Below, in pieces: positions 1 through 12,715 of a DNA stretch of 64,000 nt. Within the stretch, counting starts at the first letter, position 1. Each line of letters opens with the position of its first letter. Both the position numbers and the translations under genes were made by a program. The stretch covers positions 1 through 64,000 of the forward strand of contig NW_004798191.1 of NCBI RefSeq assembly GCF_000002075.1, in the 5' to 3' direction. The notes under the pieces were generated by a model. The model searched no databases. It saw nothing but the letters and a program-made list of their open reading frames with translations, and had not been told where the DNA came from. Source of the DNA: Aplysia californica. Its lineage: Eukaryota.

Positions 1-43
1 ACTGCAGAGCAGTGGGTACAATCATCTTAAAACCATTTGTCTG

Positions 44-75
<32 letters not shown>

Positions 76-351
76 GGTTTTTTGGATGAAAAACAGGCCT
101 ACCATCTGCTATCTTGAACAGAAATAGAGATATCTGAGGTTGTAGAAGATGTGGCGGCTGCCTGATGCCAAGGGTAAAATAAGCGAGAAAATGGCCGCCA
201 AAGTTTGGTGATTCCCAACGCTTGAGCTTCCTTAGAAACTGAAAGTTTATATTAGTAGTGCCTTTGGTCAATGTTTATTAATAAAATTCACACGGAAATG
301 TACTTTTGAATGGATATACAATATTATGCGCCATAGTCGGACTGTTTCTTT

Positions 352-528
352 AAGTTTTTGTAAGTGTTTTACGGCACTAAAGCAACACAATAAGGTCTCA
401 TAATCGCCGAATATTAGAGTTGTTACAAGAGAGTAACAAACACGAAAAAAGGAGGAGAGATAAGGACGATAGATGTTTTGATAGGAATGAAGGAGCAAAC
501 CACACCAGAGCACCGGCCAACCATCCAC
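352..528 (-). mobile_element. ~170-bp headless retroposon family (representative copy; ~20 copies in the window)
   Basis: Consensus gtgggtggttggcgggtgctctggtgtggtttgctccttc...ctaatcttcggcacttatatgaccttattgtgttgcaagtgccgtaaaactcttactaaaac. Copies start near 1008, 1972, 2947, 6328, 8785, 8980, 10585, 24553, 34017, 34605, 35443, 38830, 40200, 45925, 50016, 51275, 52790, 55618, 59725 and 59820, in both orientations. Confidence 0.85.
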
Positions 529-1289
529 GGACTGTTTCTGTCTGTAAGGCTGCCCTTCCAAAGTACACGCACATTTTACGCTAGAAAAAAAAAATACTCC
601 CAAAAGATTACGAATACTCTAAGCCATTAGCAATTCTGGCAATCGTTCCTACCCGGAAAGATTGAGAAGATTAGATCGATTGACCTTTTTTTTTTTTTTT
701 TAAAAAGGACTCGATGAAACCTTTTTAAAACTTTTTTGGGGAATATTTGGTGCGGCCCAAACTCATCCAGACGGTTCCATCGGTGGCGACAGTGTGATTT
801 GAGTCTGAGAACCATGGTCTTAAGTATAATCCGAAGTGCGTCGATTTTAGAAATAATTGTTCTTATCTTTCACGGGTTTTTTTTTCTATCTAATATACAC
901 GGGCAATATTGCATACAGACGTAAGTTATTTTTATCGGCCTTTGAGATACGTCTGTATGTCTGTATGTAATACTGCCCGCTTATAGGTGTTTCGTTGTAC
1001 GTCCCCATGGATGGTTGGCGGGTGCTCTCGTGTGGTTTGCTCCTTCTTTCGTATCAAGCATCTATCGTCTTTCTCTCCCCTCCTTTTTTTATTGTGTTTG
1101 TTTTTCTCACTTGTAGCACCTCTAATCTTCGACACTTATATTATGACCTTATTGCGTTGCAAGTGCCGTAAAACTCTTACAAAAACAAACCATCGACAAA
1201 ACTAAAGATCATTTAGCAGACGAGTTTCCGAGGAGAGATAAGATCGATAGATGACTGATAGGAAAGATGGATCAAACCACACAGCAGAG

Positions 1290-1765
1290 TACCCTCCAAC
1301 CACCCACACAGCGGAATTATAATCCAGTTATAAAGAATTTTCTGCCATCTAGCGGCAAGTAACAATAGAGCACCCGCCAACCACTCTCACAACGGAATTA
1401 TGTCCCTATCGTAAAGACGTTTCTGCCTTCTAGCGGTACATGTATGTAACATTAGGGCACCCTCCAACCACCCACACAACGGAATTATGTCCCTATCGTA
1501 AAGACGTTTCTGCCTTCTAGCGGTACATGTATGTAACATTAGGGCACCCTCCAACCACCCACACAACGGAATTATAATCCAGTTATAAAGACTTTTATGT
1601 CACCTAGCATGTATGTAACATTAGGGCACCCTCCAACCACCCACACAGCGGAATTATAATCCAGTTATAAAGACTTTTATGTCACCTAGCATGTATGTAA
1701 CATTAGGGCACCAGCCAACCACCCACACAATGGAATTACAACTCCATCTAGCGGTACGTAACAAA
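1290..1765. repeat. Minisatellite, ~6 units of 81-87 bp, built on a retroposon end
   Basis: Unit gcaccctccaaccacccacacaacggaattat...ctagc...gtaacattagg. Confidence 0.85.
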
Positions 1766-2330
1766 ATACTACCCTAGAAATAAAAAGTTCTATCTGCCCA
1801 GTGCCTAGTTTAGAGAAAAAATAACACTGAAAATTTTGAGTTTCACAACATGTCAAGCTTTTACGAATGCAATTCTTTGAATATGACAATCTTAACAACC
1901 GCTCCGAATAATCTTACGATTTTGATAAAGCAGACAGAATGTTAAAATTTGGTGTCCGCTGACTTCATTGTCTTAGTTTTAGTAAGAGTTTTACGGCACT
2001 TGCAACACAATAAGGTCATAATATAAATGCCCAAGATTAGAGGTGTTACAAGAGAGTAACAAACTAAAAAAAAAAAGAAAAAGAAAAAAGGGGGGGAGAT
2101 AAAAAGACGATAGATGCTTGATAGGAAAGAAGGAAAAAAACACATCAGAGCCCCCCGCCAACCACCCACTCCTCTAAGTAACTCAAAACGGGCCAAAAAC
2201 GTCAGACAGAACTTTGTAATTGTGAGGCAGTAGTAGCGAAAGAGCTCATGTACCGCCCCAAAAACTGGACAGATACAGAAGGCGCCAACAAGGATCTGTG
2301 ACAGTCTTATGGCTACGTCATATCATAGCT

Positions 2331-3376
2331 CTGTAAAAGGGGGTGCCCATTAGCGCGATCGGGTCGCCTCGGGTCGGGTCGGGTCGGGTCATTTTCTAGT
2401 GGTTTCAGTACATTACAACCCCTCCGCGATTGTAACCGACGACCTGGAAGTTACAGTAGACAAACCTTTAACCTCAATGGCTTCCATGGCTCCTTTCCGT
2501 AGTTCCCTGTAGAGCTTGGCAAAGAATCGAGTCTGGAACCGATTCCTCCGATCATGTTTCCAGTCACTTTAATCATTATAATCTTTTTTTCTTTCTTTTT
2601 TTTTAATTCGAAAAATAAAAGTTAATGCTTCGTAGTATTCCAAAATCAAGATTATCCTAAATCCTGGGGATGTTTGGAGCCAACCAGGTAACCACCGGAA
2701 GAAATCACATCATTAGAAAGAAAGTAATTGGGTTCGGAGTCGATTCCTACGACTTGTAGCCTTCAATAATCGGGAACCTAGCCGCCCGTCACTAGTTCCC
2801 TGTGGCAGTGCTGCGGCAGCCTGGAATCCCGTAAACATCGGTTACATCGATAACGTTCTATTATCTTCTCGAAATCGATGGACTCCACTGTTGTCAATTA
2901 TTGATGGTATTTCGCAAGGAAATGACTGACTTTATTTGTTTGGTTGTTTTAGCAGAGGTTTTACGGCGCTCGCAACTGCATAAGGTCATATGAGCGCCAG
3001 AATATTAGAGGTGTTACAAGAGAGTAACAAACATAAAAAGGAGGGGAGAAAAGGACGATAGATGTTTGATAGGAAAGAAGAAGCAAACCACACCAGAACT
3101 ACCGCCAACCACCCACGGACCGACTTTGACATCACAGTGTCAACACGGACACGTGACTCAGCCTAGTTGTGATTGGCTGCAAACCATCCGATCGCGCGAT
3201 TCGCAGGCCTGGAAACAAACGCGTTTGGTTTTTTTAAGATCACCAACCGAGTCCATCGGTTTGTGCTACGATGGCCGCTTTGCACCTTCAATTGGGGTAG
3301 CCCCGACTACCAAATCGATCCGACCCGACCCGACTCTACCCGACCCGATCGCGCTAGTGGGCACCCCCTTTTACGG
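2331..3376. mobile_element. ~1.05-kb non-autonomous TIR element
   Basis: ~55-bp inverted ends ctgtaaaagggggtgcccattagcgcgatc(gggtc)n / (gaccc)n gatcgcgctagtgggcacccccttttacgg; contains a retroposon at 2947-3116. Confidence 0.75.
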
Positions 3377-4567
3377 AAGGTACTAGCAGGTACTACTTTT
3401 GCTTTACCGTAAGTCACACACAATAAGGATCTTTTATTATGCTGTTTTGGTTTGAGGGTGGGGTTGTTTTTTTCTTTTTCTTGCTAGTTTTTGTTCTGTT
3501 TTTGTCCTGTTAACCTATTTCTTTAGCATGTTAGCGACGAATTCTCACCTGACCCCTCCCTTTTCGCGCCTCCAAAACAAAACAAAACGGGTGGAGTCTA
3601 TGTATGTCTCTTTTNNNNNNNNNNNNNNNNNNNNNNNNNNNNNNNNNNNNNNNNNNNNNNNNNNNNNNNNNNNNNNNNNNNNNNNNNNNNNNNNNNNNNN
3701 NNNNNNNNNNNNNNNNNNNNNNNNNNNNNNNNNNNNNNNNNNNNNNNNNNNNNNNNNNNNNNNNNNNNNNNNNNNNNNNNNNNNNNNNNNNNNNNNNNNN
3801 NNNNNNNNNNNNNNNNNNNNNNNNNNNNNNNNNNNNNNNNNNNNNNNNNNNNNNNNNNNNNNNNNNNNNNNNNNNNNNNNNNNNNNNNNNNNNNNNNNNN
3901 NNNNNNNNNNNNNNNNNNNNNNNNNNNNNNNNNNNNNNNNNNNNNNNNNNNNNNNNNNNNNNNNNNNNNNNNNNNNNNNNNNNNNNNNNNNNNNNNNNNN
4001 NNNNNNNNNNNNNNNNNNNNNNNNNNNNNNNNNNNNNNNNNNNNNNNNNNNNNNNNNNNNNNNNNNNNNNNNNNNNNNNNNNNNNNNNNNNNNNNNNNNN
4101 NNNNNNNNNNNNNNNNNNNNNNNNNNNNNNNNNNNNNNNNNNNNNNNNNNNNNNNNNNNNNNNNNNNNNNNNNNNNNNNNNNNNNNNNNNNNNNNNNNNN
4201 NNNNNNNNNNNNNNNNNNNNNNNNNNNNNNNNNNNNNNNACAACAACAACAACAAAAACAACAACAGCAACAACAACAAAAACCCAGTGGCATCAAACCC
4301 ACAGGATAACAACGAAAAAAAAAACCTCCGTAAAACTACAATACAAAACAATGTATAGGCGGAAAACTCAAAACAACAAAAACAGTTAAGGCGGCAGACA
4401 AAAAAATACAAAATAAAATAAATTTATAAAAACCAGTACGTATATAAATCGTTCTTCCATGACCTGCATGCGTCATTAAACAGTTCATTTCGTTCATTGA
4501 CCTAGATGAATAACACCTTCCTCCTACACAGCTAGAGTCTATTGATGGCGGCATGGTTGTCTTTGTA

Positions 4568-4682
4568 ACGTGCTCTGTCTATTCATCTATTCTGTCTCTG
4601 TTGTACTCAACGTGCTCTGTCTATTAATCTATTCTGTCTCTGTTGTACTCAACGTGCTCTGTCTATTCATCTATTCTATACT
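4568..4682. repeat. 43-bp minisatellite (~2.7 copies)
   Basis: Repeats of aacgtgctctgtctattcatctattctgtctctgttgtactc. Confidence 0.8.
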
Positions 4683-5270
4683 CAAACTCAACTGTTAAAA
4701 ACTCTGAGGGTAAAACCCAACTAGGATTGGGCGAGAAATTCACACGTTGCAGTTTTGCCTTCATTAAATGAATTATTATTACATTGACATTGAGAGAGGA
4801 GTAAGGGTGTTTTATTCGTTTAAGAGGGAAGGGGGGGGGGGGTTGAAAAGTGGCGATGGGGGAATGGCATGATTGAAAATAATTTATGGTCGATCACAGT
4901 TTATGACTCGCGTTTGAAAGGTTCAGTCGGTGCTTTAAAACGTTTGAAACCTAACAAATCTTGTTTTCAATAAATACATTCACCTGTAGACTGATCATAA
5001 ATGAGTATGTCCCCAGCGCATTGAACGCTGTGTCAAACTTTCAAAAAGAGTAGAAGCAGAGATAAAATTAATTCTTCTATAACGAGNNNNNNNNNNNNNN
5101 NNNNNNNNNNNNNNNNNNNNNNNNNNNNNNNNNNNNNNNNNNNNNNNNNNNNNNNNNNNNNNNNNNNNNNNNNNNNNNNNNNNNNNNNNNNNNNNNNNNN
5201 NNNNNNNNNNNNNNNNNNNNNNNNNNNNNNNAAACCAACAATAACGAACAATCAAACAAACAAACAAAGG

Positions 5271-5864
5271 AGGCTCTCGTGGCCTAGAGGTTAAGGTGTT
5301 CACCTTTCATTCAATAGGTCGAGGGTTCGAATCCGGAGAGCGACTGAAAATCTTCTTCTCTAAAATTGCCACCTTTCACATCCTTTCCTGCTATATCCCA
5401 ACACCCTCTCCTTCTTTGCCCCCTCCTCTGGGCTCCCGGCTCTTTCTGCAGCCTTTCTACTGCTACTCCTTGGCTCCTTCTTACTGCTGTCTTTCTACTG
5501 CTACTCCTTGGCTCCTTCTTACTGCTGTCTTTCTACTGCTACTCCTTGGCTCCTTCTTACTGCTGTCTTTCTACTGCTACTCCTTGGCTCCTTCTTACTG
5601 CTGTCTTTCAGCCCCACCCCAGATCTTATAGTCGGAAAGATCTACACTTAGCCTTCTCGGACAAAGGTGAAAAATCTCTGGGGTCCCGTGTGCATGTTGC
5701 ACAGGTTAAAGATCCCTTGGTGGTCCAAAATCGATAAGAGTGGGGCTTCGGCCGCCACCCCAGCAAAAATCGAAAAATTTCCTACCAAATGAAAATGTTT
5801 AATGTGCCCCGCGCGCATATATGACCGTATGTAGTTGCGAGCGCCGTAAAACACTAACCAAAAA

Positions 5865-5905
<41 letters not shown>
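5271..5905 (+). mobile_element. tRNA-derived SINE with Deu/Nin-like core, internal 38-bp minisatellite, shared hairpin tail and (TAAA)n
   Basis: A-box TGGCCTAGAGG, B-box GGTTCGAATCC, core gggtcccgtgtgca...gttaaagatcccttgg, tail atgaccgtatgtagttgcgagcgccgtaaaac. Partial relatives at ~16270-16400 (-), 17365-17410 (-), 24402-24445 and 35210-35360. Confidence 0.78.
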
Positions 5906-5908
<3 letters not shown>

Positions 5909-6787
5909 CAGAAGAAACTGCAAACCAGTTAGACATTGACTTAGTAAGTATTTTTCGGAACTTGCAAACCAGTTAAACTCCCCCCCCCCCCCCCCCCTCC
6001 AAAAGTAATATACATTGTATTTAAGGGGGGGGGGGGGGATGATTATGTATTATTTCTTAAAATCATGTAACTGCACACCATCACTTATTGAAATACTCAA
6101 AAATCATCATCAGATTAGTAAGTGCAGTTTGTTATTTATAATCTCAAAACATGTGTGTTTTGTTTGGGGTTTTTTTGTTTGTTATTTTGTTATTACTGCT
6201 TTTTTTTTTGGGGGGGGGGGTAGGTGTTTTACGGCGAGTGTCTCCATTGAAGCAGCACTCTCGAAACTCTGAAAATCGCTATTGCCAAACCAAACAACGC
6301 TTCTTCCATTTTTTTCTCTCCTTTTTAAAGTTTTAGTAAGTGTTTTACGGCACTTGCAACACAATAAGGTCATAAAAGTGCCGGGGATTAGAGGTGTTAC
6401 AAGAGAGTAACAAACACAAAAAAGAAAGAGAGATAAGGACGATAGATGTTTAGTAGGAAAGAAGGAGCAAACCACACCAGAGCACCCGCCAACCTCCCAC
6501 TTTTTTTTTCCCGTCACGAAGAGAGTTACCCTCCTTGAAAACAATCTTTTATAATCGAAACACACTTTGAAGTAATTTTTTTTTTAATATTCACCCCGGG
6601 CTATAACAGGAAAAGAGATAACGTGCCTCAGAAATANNNNNNNNNNNNNNNNNNNNNNNNNNNNNNNNNNNNNNNNNNNNNNNNNNNNNNNNNNNNNNNN
6701 NNNNNNNNNNNNNNNNNNNNNNNNNNNNNNNNNNNNNNNNNNNNNNNNNNNNNNNNNNNNNNNNNNNNNNNNNNNNNNNAACTAACG

Positions 6788-6829
<42 letters not shown>

Positions 6830-8527
6830 GACTAACTAACTAACTAANNNNNNNNNNNNNNNNNNNNNNNNNNNNNNNNNNNNNNNNNNNNNNNNNNNNN
6901 NNNNNNNNNNNNNNNNNNNNNNNNNNNNNNNNNNNNNNNNNNNNNNNNNNNNNNNNNNNNNNNNNNNNNNNNNNNNNNNNNNNNNNNNNNNNNNNNNNNN
7001 NNNNNNNNNNNNNNNNNNNNNNNNNNNNNNNNNNNNNNNNNNNNNNNNNNNNNNNNNNNNNNNNNNNNNNNNNNNNNNNNNNNNNNNNNNNNNNNNNNNN
7101 NNNNNNNNNNNNNNNNNNNNNNNNNNNNNNNNNNNNNNNNNNNNNNNNNNNNNNNNNNNNNNNNNNNNNNNNNNNNNNNNNNNNNNNNNNNNNNNNNNNN
7201 NNNNNNNNNNNNNNNNNNNNNNNNNNNNNNNNNNNNNNNNNNCTCCCATCGACAAAATGTCGATGATTTACGACGCAGTGTTCTTTCTGTCAGGGCCAAC
7301 CCAGGCTGAGAGAGAGGGACACATCCCACCACAAACATCGAGATACGCAATACAAGGTTTGAAAAAATCATAATTATCGTAGAAATAGACTTGGCGCAGA
7401 GATAAAGGAAAGAAGAAGGAACAACAACTGTCGTAGATACAGACAAGACTGAGCACAGAGGCAATTGAAAAAACAGCTCATCTTTGTTAGTGTATAATAG
7501 GATTATGGTTATAGTTATTATAACTCTATCAATATCATTGGGGGGGGGGGATAGCCCATTCGTGGTTTGGACATTTCACACGTATGGGACCTTCCTAGTT
7601 TGCCAATGAAGCCTATACAGGAAAGTATCAGGGTACAAGGCAAGAGGAAGACCAAGAAAGACCTGGATACAGTGAGTGAAAGATACCCTGAGAACATACA
7701 ATATCCCACCCAGCCAGGCCATCAAACGTGCTAGACACAGGAAGCTCTTTCTCCCCTCGACGCCCTAGGGGTACAAGAGGACGGATACAGTAAAGTAAAG
7801 TAAGCTCTGTCGTAGAAAAAGGCTTCCACAGGGGTAATGAAAAAAAACGGAAGACCAACACCTTACACACTTACTTAGAAAAGACAGACAAGACTTATCA
7901 AAATAGCAATTGGGTGGCCGGGAGGGGGGGGGGCATCCGCGACAGACACACAAAGCGGACGCTACATTTTGTCACGTAGCATAACTAGAGGACCGAATGA
8001 GGAAAAAAATCCCCAACTACTGAAAAGTTTTAATTTTCGGTCGTTAAAATGGTAAATGGTGAGGCCAAAATAGAGGCTGGTCATAAATTGCTCGAACGTA
8101 GGCCTACCATAATGTCGAAACAGTATTGCAACATTAAAATTTCTCAACAAGAAAAGCATGATGTTTCAATAACAAAGGCCCCCAAAAATGTGTTGTGTTT
8201 CTGCTGCACAGAAATGCATTACGACGACTCATTTTAGTTTTAGTATACTGTTTTCCACAGCTTACCTAATCGTTCGTGTCGGGGTAATGGATACCATTAA
8301 ACAACTTTCAATTCAATAGAAACTAAAAAAAGCTGATTCTTTTCCTTCTACCCATATCATTTGGTTTGGTCGTCTGCTTTTGAAATCACTTTTTTTTTTA
8401 ACAAAGAGGACACAACTGCGACTATCACGAACGTATTATGCTCCTTAATGTGAGGTGGAGACTGAAACTGGGGCAATAAAGCTTAATTCTGAAAAGTAAA
8501 ATTTTCGCATCAGTGACTGATTCTGCG

Positions 8528-8534
8528 TATAAAA
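8528..8534 (+). promoter_or_regulatory. Candidate TATA box of the lectin gene
   Basis: TATAAAA ~120 bp upstream of the ATG at 8652. Confidence 0.55.
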
Positions 8535-8651
8535 CGGTTCGCATTCTGCGACAAGATATCCAGCCTTGTGGCAAGTGTCGCTTACAGACGTTCACTCTCT
8601 TTCTTCCTCCTGCCCAGTCAAAGACAGACGTGCGAAATCTTGACAGTCATC

Positions 8652-11581
8652 ATGAAGATGCTTTGTGTTGCTGCCTGCCTTGTGCTGCTCGTAGCAGCCG
8701 CCCACGGATGTGTCAGTGAGTACAAAATCATCGTAGTTATCTTTCTTTACTTTTTGTGTAATTTTGGTCAGAGTTTTAGTTTAGTTTTAGTAAAAGAGTT
8801 TTACCGTAAGGCGCTTGCAACACGATATGGTCATATAAGTGCCGAAGAATAGATTATGTGTTACAAGAGAGTAACATACGCAAAAATGAAGGAGGAGAGA
8901 TAAGGACGACAGAAGTTTGATAGAAAAGAAGGAGCAAACCACACCAGAACACCCGCCAACCACCTATTAATTTTGGTCAGAGTTTCGGGGTACTTGCAAC
9001 ACAATAAGGTCATACATGTAATACAAGAGCCGGAGATTTGAGGTGTTGCAAGAGAGTTTTTTTTAAAGGAGGAGAGATAAGGACGTCCGATGTTTCGTGA
9101 GAAAAAAGAAGCAAACCATATCAGTATCAGAGCACCGGGAAATAAATGCCAGTTTCTTTACTTTCAATTTGACGTACGCTTACTGATTTCACCGCGCTGC
9201 CTCACATAATATTATGTATTTATTTCTCTGATACCTAAATCCTTACATAAATAATATAATAAATAGAAGCAGGGAGAGTATACATCCTTTTTGAACTCCT
9301 GGCCATACTGGGGGGGGGGGGGGGACCAGTCACTAATAAGTCCTTATTTGTTCTAAAGGAACACAAACTATTCTCATAAAGATCCATGAAGTTTTGTTTT
9401 AAGACCTGGTTTTCCACTCCATATTCCCCCAGCGCTTTCACTAACAGGCATCTGCACACTCGGTCGAAAGCATTTTCTTGATCGTTGAAAACTGTAAAAC
9501 TATATCATTTAGCTTTTCCTTGTCTTTGATTGCTGTTTCTCTGATCTGTCTCAATGACAAGATGCCATCTCTGCACCTTCTGCACGAGGATTTGCAAGGC
9601 TACCATCACATATTTTTATTTCTTCAGTTTCATCCAAGGCAGACGTTAAATTCGGAAGTCCTGTTTCTTGACATATAACTCAATTGTGTTGCTAGGGCCG
9701 TTAAACCTATACACTTACACATGTCGAAGGCCCAGGAATTTGTCTCACTAACAAGGAAATCCCCAATGTCCGGATCGGATGTGGGAGCAATTTTACTTTT
9801 TACTCTAATACTTACTCCTGTTTTTGTTTAGTTTTTGGTTCTAATACTTACACTATTGTTTTACATTATGCTCTAATACCTACACTTTTTTAATTTTGTC
9901 ATATAATAATGCATGTAATACTTACACCTGGGTTTTTTTCATTTGGCCCTAATACTCCCACTTGTTTTTGTTCCCAGACGCTCCCCCTCGTTGTGCTCTC
10001 GTGAAGATGGAGAGCTGGGGCTGGAAGTTCTTCAGTAAGCCCCTGCTGCCCGCTGCCTGGATCACCTCTGTGTCGGTGGAGAAGGACTTCAGTGGAGGCT
10101 ACTGCAAGCCTGCCTCCGGCTACGGTTTCTCTACCAACGAGCTGTGGGTAGCTCATGGCTGTCGTGGTCTGCTCAAAGTTTGTGCAGTGGCAAGTAAGTC
10201 GGTTTGTTGGTTGGTTAGTTAATTAGTTTGTTTGTTTGTTCGTTGGTTTGTTTGTTTGTGTGGTTGTTTGTTTGCTAGTTTGGTTGGTTGGTTGTTTGTT
10301 TGGTTGGTTGGTTGTCCGATTTCTTGTTTAATTTGTATGTTTGTGTGGATGTTTGTTTGTTTGTTTGATTTCTTGTTTTGTTTGTTTGTTTTTGTGGTTG
10401 TTTGTTTGTTGGATTTCTGAATGGCTCATGGCTGTCGAGAACTGCTCAAAGTTTGTGCCGTGCAAAGTACGTTTGTTTGTTTGTTGGTTTGTTTGTTTGT
10501 ATGTTTGTTGGATTTCTCATTTAGTTCGTTTGTTTGTGTGGTTGTTCATTTGTTTGTTTGTTCGTTTGTTTGTTTGTTTGTTTGCTTTAGTAAGAGTTTT
10601 ACGGCACTTGCAACACGATGAGGTCATATAAGTGCCGAAGATTAGAGGCGTTACATCAAAAGAGAAACACACATAAAAAGAAGGAGATATCACTGCCGGT
10701 AATATGAGGGCGATAGACGTTTGACAGGAAAGAACAAGCAAACCACACAAGACCACCCACCAACCACACACGGATTTCTTGTTTGTTTGTATGTTTGCTT
10801 GGTCGTTCATTTGTTTGTTTGTTTAATTAAGGCGTCGGTAGTCTAGTGGTTAGGCAAACAGCAACAACGCTTTTAAGTTTATAGCATCTACAGTATTTAT
10901 TTATTTTTCCCTCTCCTCTTCTCTTCTGGGCAAGATAGAGAAATACGCCTTTTTAAAGTTTACATTACAAATTTGTTTGTCTTCCCCCCCCCCCCTCCCC
11001 TTTCCAGACAAATGAGTTACGAAAACCCCAAAAAAGCAACAGCTACACTTTCCACTCTGAGCAAGATAGATAGACATATAGATAAATGGATAGAAAAATA
11101 CGGTTTTATTTTAAAGTTTACAACACTAAACTGTTTCTGATGCAGGCTACTTTCTTCTCCCCTTTCTCCAGACAAACAGCAACAACTACACATTCATTCG
11201 CCTCTGAGCAAGATAGAGAAAGATAGATATTATAAAGATAGACAGATAGAAAAATTACACTTTTAAAGTTTACAACATTTGTTACTACGAATTTTAAGTT
11301 TACAACACTCGTTTCTAATGTATATTCTTCTCTCTCTCCCCACCCCTCCCCCCAAACCCCCCTCCCTTTTCCCAGACAAATGTGTGACAAAAACCCTGAA
11401 CAGCAACAACTACGCGTTCGCCTCTGAGCAAATCGAAAACGCCTGCTACGTGTCGTCCATGGAGATCAAGACCAGACAGGGACCACCCTGCGTGGCTGAC
11501 GTCAACTACGGTTTCACCGGACCCTACGTCTGGGTCAATGGAGGCTGCCGCGCCGAATTTACCGTCTGCTACGTGCAGTGA
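8652..11581 (+). CDS. Secreted ADEL-like (DUF3011-type) lectin, 3 exons, ~161 aa
   Basis: Exons 8652-8715 (signal peptide MKMLCVAACLVLLVAAAHG), 9978-10193 and 11376-11581, joined by GT-AG phase-1 introns into an open frame. Two repeats end in YGF...LWVAHGCRGLLKVC and YGFTGPYVWVNGGCRAEFTVCY, matching the WVxxGCRAxF signature I recognise from Aplysia egg lectin ADEL and DUF3011. Confidence 0.88.
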
Positions 11582-11628
11582 CGTCATTGTCGTCGTCACG
11601 TGATCGATGAACCAACCAATGAATGATG

Positions 11629-11638
11629 AATAAATAAA
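11629..11638 (+). terminator. Polyadenylation signal of the lectin gene
   Basis: Overlapping AATAAA hexamers ~50 bp after the TGA at 11581. Confidence 0.55.
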
Positions 11639-12715
11639 TGACACTTTGTTTATTCCATTGAGAAAATTTGAGTTTTTTGGTTTTTAAAAAAATACTTACT
11701 TACTTATTGTGTCCTTTCTTTTGTATCATCTNNNNNNNNNNNNNNNNNNNNNNNNNNNNNNNNNNNNNNNNNNNNNNNNNNNNNNNNNNNNNNNNNNNNN
11801 NNNNNNNNNNNNNNNNNNNNNNNNNNNNNNNNNNNNNNNNNNNNNNNNNNNNNNNNNNNNNNNNNNNNNNNNATTTATTTATTTTTATCTATATTTTTAT
11901 TTATTTATCTATTTTAGTTTTTTGGTTTTAATTATAAAGCTTTACGAAGCTCGCAACTGCATAAGGTCATATGAGCGCCAAGGGGTGGAAGTCAACAGAG
12001 AAGTCCAAACAGGGAATCAGACTTACTCTGCTCACCTCTATAGCCTCAACAGCACTAAGTCTGTTTGAACTATCAATGAACCCCAGAAAAAGCAGTTCAC
12101 AAGAGAATGTCATACAAAAGAAGAGGAGAAAAAATAACGATACATGTAGTAAGGATGGGGAAAGAAAAAGCAGCAGTTCCCATTTTATTGTTCCGGCATA
12201 GTATGAGCATGACATTGATAAATCAGCCCATTTACAATTCTACTGTACATAAGATAATGTTAATATCCCCCCTTTGAGTAATTTAATAAAAACATAATTC
12301 AAATGTAGAAAAATACAAAACGTTGGTCGCTTAAAACGACACCAGACCATAACAATTATTTTTAAAGTTCTTGAAGCTAGAAGTAGAAGGATGTGGGGCA
12401 GGAGAGCCAGGGAAAGACAAAAAGTAACATGGATGGACAACATAAGAACATGGACTGGCCTCATGTCTGGACGGTGGTAGTGTCCGGAAGTCGAGGTCCG
12501 TAACTAAGGCTGGACTGTACCACAGTCCGAGGCAAAGTTGTTATTGTATTAGGTACGGGCCGAGTATAAAAAAATACGAGCCAACAAGCATTTTGCATGA
12601 CTCGGAAGTCATAGAGGTATAGCAGTGTGTGCAACGGCAGCTCGCGACCGTGAAAGACAGATGGTCATCACACGTCAACCTCTGAGTCAGAGATGACACC
12701 TCCAGGTATCCAGCT

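Noticed and set aside
987-1205. Recurrent small ORFs ending ...MTLLCCKCRKTLTKT
   Set aside because: Translations of the 170-bp repeat; frames are not conserved among copies.
3528-4411. Long ORFs spanning N runs (also near 6.8, 20.2, 23.4, 43.7, 44.8 and 56.0 kb)
   Set aside because: They are open only because N codons contain no stops.
5272-5345. tRNA-Glu-like gene (and tRNA-like heads at 13160-13229 and 39260-39325)
   Set aside because: A and B boxes are present but the stems are imperfect and each runs into a SINE body, so these are SINE heads.
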